Assembly (NCBI RefSeq): GCF_041956535.1
Contig: NW_027192214.1
Coordinates: forward strand, 221,687 to 285,686
Direction: 5' to 3'
From: Calcarisporiella thermophila CBS 279.70
Lineage: Eukaryota; Fungi; Calcarisporiellomycota
DNA: 64,000 bases
Numbering within the stretch: the first letter of the stretch is position 1; each line of letters opens with the position of its first letter. A program made the position numbers and the translations under genes. Positions 32,899 to 46,800 of this stretch are shown piece after piece. The notes beneath the pieces are model-generated. The model ran no database searches, was not told where the DNA came from, and worked only from the letters and a program-made list of their open reading frames with translations.

Positions 32899-34985
32899 TT
32901 ACGCAAATATTTTATATGGATTCATGATACCCTTTGGATCGAGTGATTCCTTAATTTTCTTCATAAGTGCCAGCATTGGCGCAGGTTTCGACCGTTTAAG
33001 GTACTTGGCCTTCATGATTCCAATTCCATGCTCAGCTGAAATAGAGCCATTGTGAAGAGCTAGAGAGAAGACATTCAAAATTTTGTAACCTAACACTGTT
33101 TGTGTGATTTACCTGTCCACTCCATAACGAATTTGTCGCACTCTTCATGTGCCTTCTTATCTTCACCGCGTGTTATAGCGAGGATGTGTAGATTTCCATC
33201 CCCCAAATGACCAAACCCTGTTAAATGTGTTATCTCCTTATCTGGACCAAATAAACCTAACAATTTATAATAGCAAATTTTTAGTGAATAATATTCTGCA
33301 ATACCACAGGATAATCACCTTTATTTTCAAGGTAAGTCTTAGTTTCTTCAAACATTTGCCAGTGTTTCTGAATTGGGATGGAAAAATCGTAAGTAAGCGT
33401 TGGGCCGGCCTCGGCACATGCCTCAGGGATTAGTTCGCGAATTGACCAGAGAGAATTCATCTAAAAAGGACATCTAAATTAATGCGCATATCTAAACGGT
33501 ACTGTTATAGTTCAAATGTAACTTGTTGAATATCCTGCGCTATTACTCCATCTTTGGCAATATCAGATTGCATAAGATTTTCTAAAAATACAGTTATTTT
33601 CTATAGTATATTATAGGTTAGTTTCTGAATTCTCAACATCAAACTGCATAAGAGATTACCTCCTCATCATGGTCCTTACAGCTTCCTTGTGTTTCCACCA
33701 AGGCATAGAAGGGATACTCTCTTTCAAAAGGAAATTTTATATCGGACTTCAAATTGCGAACAATATCAACAGCCGATTGATCCCAAAATTCGAACGCTAA
33801 TATATATCGGCCATTAGAAATTTATCTAAGAAACGCTAATGTTATTATTACCAGATAGTATTTCTGACAAGCGATCCTTTGTGGACATGAATGCACGAGT
33901 CACATTATCAAATGAGTCAAATCCCAGCATAGCAACATTAACATTCTAGTATATTTAAATAGAATTATTCTTTGATTGATTAAAGAGATAGAATAGGACC
34001 TATACCTTGGGCTTTCGAGGTGTAAGTATAGAGACTCCAGTGATAAATCCAAGAGTTCCTTCTGAACCAATAAACAATTGCTTGACATCATAGCCTGTGA
34101 TTTGAAGAAAAATATTAGATATCATTTAGTGTATAAGAGATGAAAGAAATGACTTGCCTGTATTGTCCTTTCGTAATGTCGATAAATTATTCAGTATAGT
34201 ACCATCGGGTAGAACTACTTCCAATCCAAGTACATTGCCATGTAATGATCCAAAGCGCACCAGCCGTAACCCCCCAGCATTTGTTGAAACATTTGCTCCA
34301 ATATGGCAACTACCCTTTGCTCCAAGATCTAAGGGCATCATATGGTTGCGATCGGCTAAGTATTCGTCTAAATCGTGAAGAATACAGCCGGCATCACACA
34401 AGAGTACTCCTGATAACGCATCAAAACTATTAAATTTTTAGCATTTTTAACTGACAAAATAGGTTACTCAATTTTCTGTTTAGTATACCTCCTAATATTG
34501 TTCATTTTTCGGGTAGAGATTATGATCTCATCAAACACGGCTAGAGGCCCTCCACCCACACCAGTTAATCCACCTTGCGGTACAACTGCCAGGCTTTGTT
34601 TGTTACAATACTTCAGGATTTCAGATACTTCTTCCGTGGTTGAAGGCTGCAAAACTAATGGGGAACGGCCACGATATAATTTAAACCAATCTATATTATA
34701 TGGAGCGAGATCCTCCTCACTAACGCCATTTTCTCCTGCATATAGAACTGAATTGTGCGGTAGAATCTCTCGAAAATAGTCAACATCTTCCCTGGTGACT
34801 TGCTTATATCGGTCATCGCGAGTAATGTTAGCTGTCTCCGACGTGAAAGGCACCGCAGAATTCTGCTTGTGAGATCCGGTATTAGAGGAGAAAGTACGAA
34901 AGTTAATGCGATGTAGGTGAGAGTTGTATTTTGACGTCCTCCAAACGCGAAAATTGGAAATATGGGTATAGAAATTCCGTAGCAT
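32899..34985 (-). CDS. DLD2: Mitochondrial D-2-hydroxyglutarate/D-lactate dehydrogenase (FAD-linked)
   Basis: Presequence-like N-terminus (MLRNFY...), [30 protein letters not shown]|[31 protein letters not shown]. Confidence 0.92.
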
Positions 34986-35116
34986 TTTGTTGGATAATAA
35001 TGAAAAATGATTAATACGCGCTACTTTAAATTTCGGCACTTGTTACTGTGAAAATTCACTGTCACGGATTCATCCACACAACACGCCTTTTTTGTTAAAA
35101 CCGAGCTGATTCAGTC

Positions 35117-37680
35117 ATGTCGCAACAGTCCATTAAAGTGTGAGTAGTATGTCTATCTAATGTACTTATTCAATACATACCCAATATTAAATATCATTAT
35201 GCTTTCTTGTTAATATAGGCTTGCTGTTGGCTCTGCAAATGGAAAAATACGTGAATATTTTAATAAAATTTCGACAATCAACTCAAAACATGGGCCTTTT
35301 GACATGTTGTTATGTGTCGGTGACCTGTTTGCCGCAAATCAAGACGATGAAATTATTAGTGATTTAGTAAATGGAAAAATTGAAGGTTGGCCAAGATATT
35401 TAATCAAACAACTGGTTCACGCTAATATTCTGTACTCTTTTAGTTCCGTTAGCCTCTTATTTTATTACGGGGCAGAATGGCATTCCGGATGTGGTACGAG
35501 AAAAGCTCGACTCCTATGGAGAAGTGTGCCCAAATTTATTTTACATGGGTATGTTAGTTCTTAACTATATTGAGTGAATATCAATATTTATGGACTTCTT
35601 TCATTCAGGTAATCATCAGCTCTTAACGACTACAGAGAAGGCGAGAATAGCTGCTTTAAGCGGAATGTATTCTGAACATATTTACGAAAATGATAGCGCG
35701 GGCTCAACCGTTTTTAAAGATAAAGTTGGTTACCTTATATTCAGCTCCACTATAAATTTTATCAAACATTATTTTGGATTTCTAGGAGACTACTTCTGAG
35801 ATCAACGAAAACAACTGCTACCGTTCCTCAGAAATCGAGAGTCTCATTGCTAATATTACGTCCTCTACGTTTTCCCCGCCCGGTATTGATATTCTTATTA
35901 CTTACGAATGGCCACGAGGAATAACCACTGGATCAAAGCAATGTACCCTGGATGCTGGAATTGGATCTTTGCCAGTTGCGAAACTTGCTGCTGCAGCTCA
36001 ACCACGCTATCATTTTGCCGCATCAGAAAACATTTTCTTTGAAAGGGAACCCTATACTAACAGCGGAATTCCTGGTACCTCTTCTCCTATAGCTGGACAT
36101 GTTACAAGGTTTATTGCACTGGGAGAATTTGGTAACCCAAATAAACAGCGGGTATGTGAACTGCTCCTTCCTAATCTCCCTATCACTTATCTTTATGATT
36201 ATATTATTAGTGGTACTATGCGTTTTATCTAGTCCCACTTGCTAGTGCAAGCGCCCCATCACTACTTCAACGACCTCAAAATACTACAGAGTCTCCACTT
36301 TCAATATCATTAGCTGCTGATGGGCGGGGTTTAAAGCGCGGACATATTGGCTCTAATGACAATGAGAATGGCTCCTTTTTTTTCGATAGTAGCGAACCGC
36401 AAAAGAAGAAGGGCCGAGCAGAAAAAGGTATTGAATAAACTTTGAAGCTCTACTATGAGACTTGAAACTAATAGTAAAAGTGAATTTCTTAGTTCCACCA
36501 GAGGGCTACATATGCAAAATTTGCGGTATTCAAGGGCATTTTATCCACGTCAGTGTTCTTTTGGGTCCATATATCTGAATATATCTGATATAATCCTTTA
36601 TTTATTAATTAGGATTGCCCAAAGAAAGCTGAAAATTATGTCTGCCATATTTGCAAGCAGCCAGGACATTTGATCAAAGACTGTCCTCAAGCAGGACAGA
36701 AGAAAAAACCAGTCCCTCCCGAGAATTATGTCTGTAACATCTGTAAGGAGCCAGGACATTTCATTAAGGACTGCCCACAGAAGGGCTCTCACCCTATTCA
36801 TGAGGGTAAATTGAACTAAAATTTCATTTATTGCTATCATAATGATGTCATATGGGCCTATTAATACCCAATTTCCCTTTTTATATAGCGATTTCACCAG
36901 AACAATGCTGGTTCTGTCTTGCTAATCCAAACCTTGCAAAGCATCTAATTGTCAATATTGGAGAAGAAATCTACCTTACCTTAGCAAAAGGTCCTCTGAT
37001 CGATTCTGCTGGTGATGCGCATGTTCCTGGCGGAGGACATGCACTTATTGTCCCGATATCACATACACCGGGCTTTCAACAAATACCATCTGAATCTAGA
37101 GTTGAGATGGTAGCTGAAATAGAAAAATATAAAAGCGCTCTACGAAATCTATACGAGGCGCACGGGTGCGCTATGGTTATTTATGAGGTGTGCCGTGGTA
37201 CAAAGGGCATGCACGCACACTTACAAGCTGTCCCCATTCCGAAAGAGAAAGCAGGAAACGTTGAAGAGGCTTTTAGATCAGAGGGAGCGAAGGCTGGGAT
37301 GCAATTTTCCAATTCACTTCCGGTAAAATAATTTTCAGTATATTAGTGGATATAATTGTTAATTGATTTTTTCTCAATCCCTAGCCTACTGTTGATTCCG
37401 GTTACCTTAAAATAGATCTTCCGGATAACACTTCTCTAGTGTATAAAATCAATCCACAGGAGCGATTTAACCTTCAATTCCCAAGGTGAGATATAGTTGC
37501 AGGAATGATACCTACAATAGATTTTACCATATTTTGGTACACTAATTTAGGGTTGTGCTTGCCCAAATACTGGGGAAACCCGAGCGTTCAGATTGGAGGG
37601 CATGTTCACAGACTGTGGATGAAGAACGACAAGCAGTACAAGCGTTCCGAAAAAATTTTGATTCGTTTTTTAACAAATAG
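35117..37680 (+). CDS. CWF19L1: CWF19-like 1 / Drn1 (lariat debranching cofactor) with three zinc knuckles
   Basis: Metallophosphatase-like N-terminus (GPFDMLLCVGDLF, DILITYEWP, QPRYHFA), CwfJ domain (CWFCLANP, GGGHALIVPISH, HAHLQAVP). Confidence 0.9.
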
Positions 37681-37972
37681 ATTCTGCAATCAGTTTAGGG
37701 TTCAAGTGGAAAATAAAATATAATCTACGTGCAATCCCTTAACTCCTTTTAGTATCTTGCAAAAATTTTCTGGGATTCTAAACTGGTTTACGTTCATATA
37801 TAAAGAATTAATAAAATATTCTCTTGATATATTTTTAATATTTAAAAGGGTTAATGGAACCAGGGTAATATAAGTTCAAGTATCTTCCTTTCAAAATTAG
37901 AAAAACGTCTAATGGACCCAATTTTCAAGAAGCAAATTTAATACGAACTTTAAATACTCATTATTCTCTCTA

Positions 37973-39209
37973 TTAAAGTTTTGCTAGCAGAGCTTTCGCT
38001 GCTTTGCTCCCTACTGGACGACCTAATGAATCACTTATAAATTGACTGGTCTGTATCAACTTCGATAGATTAACACCAGTTTCAAAACCCATTCCATCAA
38101 GCATATACACAACATCTTCTGTCGCCACATTTCCGGAAGCCCCCTTAGCATAGGGGCAACCGCCCAAACCTGAGACGGAGCTATCAACCACCCGCACACC
38201 CATCTAGATAATCGATTAATAATTGAGGTTTTTTTTAGGAGTAATTAATAGAGATTACTTGAATAGCTCGGTAGATATTAGCGAGAGCTTGCCCATAAGT
38301 GTCATGACAATGAACTGCGAGCGACTCTATTGGGACATATTTAGTAACCTCTCCGAGCATCTCCTCCATAGAACCTTTCAGGATATAACGCTATAATTAG
38401 ATTTATTTGAATAATCCATTAATATCACTCCAAGTTACCAGGTGTTCCAACGCCTATAGTATCGCCCAATGATATTTCATAACAGCCCATGTTGTAAAGC
38501 CGCTCTGCCATATCTGCGACAGCCTTGGGTGCAATCTTGCCTTCATACGGACAGCCAAGGACACAAGAAACGTACCCTCTCACCGCAATTCCATTATCCA
38601 GCGCCTTACGCACAACCTCTTCAAATCTATCAAGGCTCTCTTTGATAGAACAGTTGATATTTTTGAGACTAAATGACTCGGATGCGGCTCCAAATATCGC
38701 AACCTCCCGAGCACCACAGGCTAGTGCTGATTCTAGACCCTTCATATTTGGGGTGAGAACTGGGTAGTTTACGTCCTTATGACGAGTTATTTTGGTCATG
38801 ACTTCTTTAGCATCTCCCATCTATAGTTAATTGCTTAGCGATTGTATTTAAAAGTTGAGATGATATAGAAATGATTACTTGCGGAACCCATTTAGGAGAA
38901 ACAAATGATGTTGCTTCGATAACCTTAAGGCCAGTTTGAGCCAATCGATTAATAAGCTCTACCTTCACTTCCGTCGGCACCATCTTCTTTTCATTTTGTA
39001 GACCATCTCGGGGACCTACTTCCACTATCTTGACTCGCTTAGCTCCAGATTTAAAAGGATGTGCTTGCTAATAAAAGAATAAGTTATCTCTAAGAGTTTT
39101 TACATTCTAGTTAATGTATCACCTCCACGCGTAGTGAAGAAGTGCTGAGCATACGAGTTGCAGTATAGTTGGTTGCTCGTATCAAGCGATAAGTGCCGAT
39201 CGAGGGCAT
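37973..39209 (-). CDS. HMGCL: 3-hydroxy-3-methylglutaryl-CoA lyase
   Basis: [22 protein letters not shown]|[47 protein letters not shown]; presequence-like N-terminus from ATG 39209; C-terminal AKL. Confidence 0.96.
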
Positions 39210-39414
39210 TTTTGATGTAATGTCCGTGGGAAAATGAATTATTTGCCACTAGAGCACTCTTAAAAATCGAAGAATTTGGGTTCAGACAAATAAATAGCAA
39301 ATTATTAAAGATAAATACTGTAAAAAAAAGAGAGTTGAATCAATAAGGATATCCAAAAAGTCCAATATACAGTTGAATATTAAAAAAAAAAGAAAAAAGA
39401 TAAAAGAAAAGCAA

Positions 39415-42400
39415 TCAACTAGCAGGATTTCGCCTCCGGCCTCGCCTTTTGTTCCCGGTCGCTCGCCCCCTTCGTCCACTTGCCCCATTTGATCGATTAT
39501 TTCTTCTTGAAGTTTGACCTCGCTTTTGGCATTCACTTGAAAAATGCCCTATCTCACCACAATTAAAGCATTGCATTGTTTGCTTACGCGAGCTCTCGCC
39601 AGCAACTCTAGTTGTAGCGTTATCTATGTGTGCTGTCTCCCCAACCTCCTCGTCTTCTATGAATTGAAAATACTTGCACTGGGCAACTTTTTTGGAACAG
39701 GCATAAAATTGCCGCCCTTTGTTTGGACCATCCTTGCTCACTGTGCGTACCGCACAAAGTAGACCACAGTGACATCTTGCGCGGTTAGTGGATGAACTAG
39801 TAGGGATTTCAAGATGGCTACGAAATCTATCTAGGGCATCCTGTATAGGGTTTTAATGTTATATTAATATTAAAGGCAATCATTTAATCGATATGCAATT
39901 TTACCGCATCCACAATAGAGAGCTGGTTGGAATCATCAGACACATGCAAGCTTCCTTCAATTTCTTCTGCCCAACTAAAATAATCGCATCCTTTGCCATT
40001 TGGCTTTGCACAAGCGTAAAATTCTCTTCCTTTGTTTTGGTTTTTTTTCGTGACCGTGCGTTTAACTGAAGGTTGACCACACATGCAGTTTGGAGATGGA
40101 TGTGAAGTAGAGGGGAGTAGAGATGGGGACTGAGCCAAATTATCTCGGTTTTCGGACACAGTATTTGCCCACATGAAGAAGTCGCATTTGCCATTTTTTC
40201 GGGCGCAAGAATAAAAAAGACGACCTTGGTTGATGCCTTCCTTGCGTACAGTATGTGATACAGCGGGTTGTTGACAGTTACATAAGTGAATTTGCCCCTC
40301 TTGCGAAGCAATCTGGATTTGAAAATAGACTAAAGGTTAATAGGTATTAAATCAGGATATATAGGACAAAAGTTACATTTTCATCTTGATTAAGTATCTG
40401 TGGTCGTTGCATGAGACTTTGGTTAACATTTTCCTATTTGTAAATCTATGTCAAATACTGCTTCTTTTTTTCATCTCCATACGTAATTTACATGAGATTC
40501 ATATAGAATATCCTCACTCGTCTCAACCCTTCTTCTCTGTGCGCTCTCGTTAGTCCAACTTGTTTCTTGAGAATGTCCAAAATATCTAGCAATTGACTAT
40601 ATATGATACTGATTAGTTATAGTGAAAAAAAAATACCAAGCAAACTTTTCTATACCTCGATGATTACATTGGCTTGTTGTACAGCTCGAAGAAATACTGC
40701 TTTATACATCTCGATCGACTGTTCTACCACCTGATGCCTCGTCAAGGAACCTTCACAAATTTGTTTCATTTTCACTTCCATCTAAACAATTAAATGAGTA
40801 TTTCGAAATAAATTAAAAAGGTATAGGAGGATAATTCCTACCTCTCTTCTAAGAAAGGGTTTTGATAGCGACTTTTCGAATCCAATTTTATCATATCCCT
40901 CTACCAACGCAATCCCTAAAGTAGACGGGTAAAAATATTGATTACGCTTAAATGCATATTCGCGTTCCAATATTTTCTGAATGTGTTCGTGAATTGTGGC
41001 ATCGGTTCCTATTGAGTATGAATATTCCAGAAAATGCTCTATAATGAGACTAATGATAGCCACTAACCAATCCCATTTTTATCCATGATGCTAATCAGAT
41101 CAGCTTCCGTAAGAGGTTGTGGCGGCTTTGTAATGCCATCTTTCATCTCGATTGAAGCAGGTACAAATTCTTCTCCGAGGTTGAAATGAGGCAAATGATT
41201 ACTCTCCCATTTATCGTATGGATATACCTCAAGGAAATTCTTTTCCAAGATCACAAGCCCTATTCATTTCCGTACCAATTAGCGAGGTAATGCTGAGATG
41301 GTTTAAATAATCTACTAACCTGAAGTCTGAAAAATTTCATCAGCAATCTCTATTTTGACTGTAGTCTGAAGCCCTTTTGCATCTTCTGAACAGCACGCAA
41401 GAAATCGTCGCACGACGAATTCATAGACACGTTTATCGTCTCCTTGAAGATTCGCCGCGTAACCAGTAGGATGAATTGGAGGGTGTGCGCCATCATCATT
41501 TTTACCTTTTCGTGGCTGCTTTGAGGGGATATTCAACAGGCTATATAAAATAATAAAGAATTAAATTACTTTAATAAAAACGTCGTTGTGTCAACTAGTA
41601 CCGCTCAGCGTAGGGGCCCCAGGCTGGATCAATTACTTGCTTCGCTATCAAACTATCGAAGTCAAAATTTTTTGGAAAGATATCTGTTTCCGTCCTTGGA
41701 TAACTGAGGAAGCCGTCATTATATAATTTTTCAGCAATCTGCATATAAAGCAATTAGTATAAATGACTCTATGTGTGAATGAGATTGCCCAACTCACATT
41801 CATGATTCGATCTCCAGATAGCCGAAGAATTCGTGTTCCGACCTTCTGCAACTCTACTGTTGTAAGAGGAAGCGGTCTCCTAAATGTTTTCAATAAAGAG
41901 TAAGTAATAGAAAAGAAAGGCAACATAATACAATATTTTCCTACCATTTAGAAGTAGGTTTAGTATCAACTGAGCAAACTCGGGCTAATGGGTTTGCCAC
42001 ACATTGCTCGTAGAGTACTACACAAAATAGTCTATCGTAGAGGACTCCACGTAACCATCCAAAGGTCACCATTGTGTCATCCTTCTTATATTTTACTTCA
42101 ATCTTCCAAAATTCTTCTGGTACAAAATCTTGAATCTGCCGATAGCGGTCAACCACAAATCCCAGCGTTGGAAATTGACAGGAGCCTGGTGTATGATTTA
42201 GAAGATCGGGTAAGTTTAAACCGAATATATAAAATTAAAAGCATCATCCTACCATAGCTTATGATCTTACTCTCCAACTCTTTGAATAGAGATCTAAATT
42301 CGAGCGTCTGGAACCGAGTAAATGCATATCCAATGCGAAGATCCAATTCTATTCGGGCCTCTACAGCGTCAGATAAACGCATGTTTATGTCCACAGGGTT

Positions 42401-43074
42401 TTGGCAAGCAGCATGAATATCTCTAAAACGAAGCACGATATTCAATAAAAATAATTATATATTGAGCCAACAAAATATCTATATATATGATACCTTGGAG
42501 TATAAGCCGAGAATCGAGCACGTGTGACACGTATTCTCCTATTTGCTTCACGAGCAATTTCTATGGCCTCTACGCCAATACATTCCCCTTCTCTATCGCA
42601 ATCCGTCCATATCATGATCTCCTGACAATGTCTTGCCTCTGATCTAATATTGGCTGCAATCGCATTTTTATCCTAGATTATAGGGTATTCCTAGGTAAGA
42701 TAAGCTGCATATAAGGGTTGATTCACTGTCATACTTACCTCGGATACTCTTTTTTCGACAGGTGCCTCGAAAAGAACAACAGGCGGGATTGATTCCCATC
42801 GATGGTATTGTGAAGGAAAATCTCTACTCATAATGTGACCCAGCAATGAAGTCATCGTCATGCTGACGAGATTCCCTCCAATTTTGTAGTCGAAATCATA
42901 GTTTTTAATATATTTTGATCCGGTGGCGCGCTATGGTGTATTGAGATTGGTATGATTAGAGAAGAATTAATTTTCAATAAAATGACAATATACCGAGCGA
43001 AATTGATTTTGGGACAAGATTTGTGATATCTGTTTTGCCTGTGAAGGTTTTTCAGCTACACATAATATTCGCAT
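39415..43074 (-). CDS. TOP3: DNA topoisomerase III (alpha-type) with C-terminal GRF zinc fingers and a CCHC knuckle
   Basis: [41 protein letters not shown]|[28 protein letters not shown]|TDATIHEHI. Confidence 0.95.
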
Positions 43075-43843
43075 GATATTAAACGCGAAGTCATAGCAGA
43101 GTGCAAAACTACGCGAGAAAATGCGCTCGATCGGGAAAACTACACGTATAAGAAATTGATTTAAAGTGGCACGGATATCTGGCAATGAAAACTAAAATTG
43201 ACGATAAATATATGGATACATCATAGTATGTATTTAAAAGAGCAACGACATTGTATAGTTCCGATATAGATTTTAGAGTTTCAGTGGAAGTTATCTCGCC
43301 CATGTCTCTTTCTCCTAAAGCTCCTTCAATCGGTGTAAATGGTTTTGTAGCGCAAGTCGAGGAATAAAATAAATTGAGAAATTGTTTGATTAAGGGAGTG
43401 TTGGTAATCAAAAAAATTCACGATATTCCTCTTAGATACTTGGCTCCTTTAGGTAATTAACATGTTGTTTGCTTATCACCCGTTAGATACTACTTATACT
43501 TCATATGATAGCTTATAAGTGATACTGAGTACATTGAGTTCAGAGTGAGAGCAATCTGAAAAAAGTTTTTAATATAAAAGTTGGGCCGTGCCTTTCAAGC
43601 TAAAGGGCTCCATTACGCAATATCCATCGAGAAGGATCCTTTATTGTTATATGTACATCAAAGAGTGAAAACGTATAAGGATAGGTATAAATAAAATTTT
43701 TGGAAAATGGACGAAACACAGGAGGACAAGTAGAAAAAAAAAATCTAACTAAATAGAAAATGGCTTCAATTCAGAGAAGGATTTTTTTTAGGAAATAAAC
43801 AATAATTGATACAATATATTCCAAAATATCTTAGAGAAATATT

Positions 43844-46800
43844 TTAAAATCTTCGAGTATTTGGGTGGTGGTAATAGCTACTTCCATCTTCATATCCACC
43901 TCTTTCATTTCGAGGAGGATACTGTTGATGCTGGTATTGCTGTCGTGCCATTAAAGCCGCATAAGCTCGATCATGCTCTTGAGGAGAGGTCTCATACCCG
44001 TAATCCATTGCTGCTTGTGCGCTTGCATTAGACCCGTATTGATGAGACATATCTGAATATCCATCCGTAGTGTACTGGCGAACAGGGAGGTTATCATAAT
44101 TCCGCATCGTTGATTGTGAATGATTGTGGTGGTTGAAGTATTCGCTAGTACCGCTACGTTCCACCAATCGCACATCGTCACGGTCCTCATAATAATAGGA
44201 TATTGCATCCGACGAAGGATTGATTGGGTAAGAAGACATCTCATAAGCCTCGACACCTTGCTGTGGGTTCATAGGGAGTGGTGGTCCCCTCCTTGGCTCG
44301 AATTCGTTTCTATACAAATCGTTTGCGGGCACCTGTCTTCCCATAGAATACACGCTAGGAGCGACTGATTTGCCCTCGTTCCATTCAGAATAATCATCGT
44401 CATCCTTGTAATATCCATTTATTCCGTCTCGCGAATCGTCGTAGGCTAATTCACTCGTATCCACCGTCTGAAATCGCATGGTTTGGGAGCCATTCTTCAA
44501 AAGGGTAAGACGACGTGTGGTAGGAAGACGCGATATACCGGTTTGCCGTTTCTCGGTTTTCTCGTCCAGTCTACCAGAATATACCTGGCTTAGCATATGA
44601 TTCACGTTTGAGTGAACCATTGGGGTCGGCAGATCTGTTGAAAGAGCTGGGTGCCCAAAGCGTCTATAGAGCTTGTCCTTGTTCTTGGTAGACCCCATAT
44701 CCATGTGCGCGCCAGAGCCGTCCATCAAATCTCCTGAGCCACTATAGTATTTGCATTTCGAATCAAACGTCCGCCAGCATATAAGCTTTAGCAAAATCGT
44801 CAGAATCGGCAATGGGGCCAACACTAGCGACTGGAGTGAGGCACCCTTTAGATTCATGAGTCCGATCATTACTAGTTGAAAGAGGATAATGGACATAAGA
44901 AAGCGGTTGAAAATAACACGCCACATTGCACCGCCAGTTTCAATCTTTGTCTGACAGACATAGAGGACTTGATATCGTTGAACTATATAGTTGAGAGAAA
45001 AATATGCGACACAAAAGGGGAGAACTAGCGGAGCGATTACCTAAAAAAAAATGAGCTATTGAGTCAATCGAACCACTTCAGATATTTCCTACTATTTCTT
45101 TACCGAGTACAAGAGGCCAATAGTCATGTAGAATAGACTCAAATTGTAATACATAGGGTAGTCAAAATACAGAGGACGTGTAGCTTCACGCAATTCTCGA
45201 GGTGTCGGATTAGTTAACCGCTTTTTAAGCCAGATAATCACCAAGGCGAACACTTGCATCAAGTCAAGCACGACAGAGAGACCTCTAAGCGATATGTAGT
45301 TAATCCAGAATGAAGACACCTTGGTAAGCGACTTAGCAGTATCGTCAAGTATCTTCGACTCGCGAAATATATCAATCAACGTTCCGGCCTGGAATTCATT
45401 ATTATTGACCTTATCCCGGATGGTAGCGTATATATCAAGAAATGTCTGAAACAGTGTGACGTAGATGAGGTTGCTGACGATGAAAAACGTGTAAAGTTTA
45501 CGCAGTACGTCGTAATTGCAGGAAGTTTTGGTCAGTGCTCCTGTAAGCAACAAGCATGAAGTCATCTTTCCATTTTACCGAATTGTCTTCATCCATACCT
45601 TGCTGTCTCGAAAGGAACCGTAAAAACAGCGGAAGTAAAAGCAAAAAGATGGCCATAAGCAGTGGAGCAAGCGATGCCTCGATCACACTCTCAATGAACG
45701 GGTTCTTCTTGAAGAAAGGTTTGAGCGCCGGAATCCTGTCCTTGATTACCTTGACATGAGCCAAGGCCGAGATTGCCAGCATTGGAAATATCCAAACGAA
45801 GCAGAACGCAATGAAGAAAATGTTGCCGATCCAGCGCTTTGTTCGACGTGCGTGGGGGTTGAGTGAAACATTCTTCCATATGATATCCTTTGGGGTCGGC
45901 GCGAGGAAGAACTGGGGAGGATTTGCCGAGTTCAGTTTAATGGGGAGGCTACTCTCAAGACGTTTTGCGACTGCATGTGCTTGTGGCATCGATGCAAATG
46001 ACACAAAACCATAGTTAGTCATTTTATTCTCGGAGATACTATCGCGCGCTGTTTCGATCTCGCGCTCTAACTCTTGCATTTCTTTTGTGTAGTGATCAAT
46101 CCCGTCCACTTTGACTCCTCCGCAACAGCGCCCGTTCACCTTGCAGGTTGGCCGCTTCTTGGCAAATTTGTTGGGGCCTAAAGGCATATGCAAGAAAAGC
46201 ATAAATAAAAAAATGACGCTTGAAACCACTCGATCTTACATCCTACCTTTAAGGTATTTTGCGAGCTGCGATTCCAAGTTTCGCACAGCTTCTTCATGCT
46301 TTTCTATCAGCTCCGGAAGTTTACCAACTTTCCGTCCCATATAGGCCTGCTGCACGGGATAGGGTGGGTTCATCCGGCGCACAAGCTCGGCGAGATCACT
46401 ATCCGACTTCAAATGTGGCACATTGAGCACCATGACGGTATGGCTGTGAATAGATCTGCGGTATTCCTCAGATTCGAAATATTTCCGACGCAAGGCGACG
46501 ACACTTTTGTATTGCGAGAAAAGCATATAATAAATGAGGGTGGAAAATATCCAGGTCACCCCCACGTGTGCCCAATACCATCTATCGTCATTGTCAAGAT
46601 CGGCAACGCTGAGGAGACGAATCTCGCCACCTGGCGCATCGCCGTCGTTGGACCGCAGAGTCCCGACGATATTGACGGGTATGATAACCAAAATGCCCAC
46701 AACCGTCATGTAGAAAAACATGCGTAAGAGAAGGCGAACAAACTGGATAAACACAAGTGCGTCGTATCCGATTTTTTCAAGCAGCTGTTCGTCAGTGAGC

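Noticed and set aside
42731-42740. ATACTTACCT resembling the U1 snRNA 5' end
   Set aside because: It is the reverse complement of a TOP3 intron donor (AG|GTAAGTAT).
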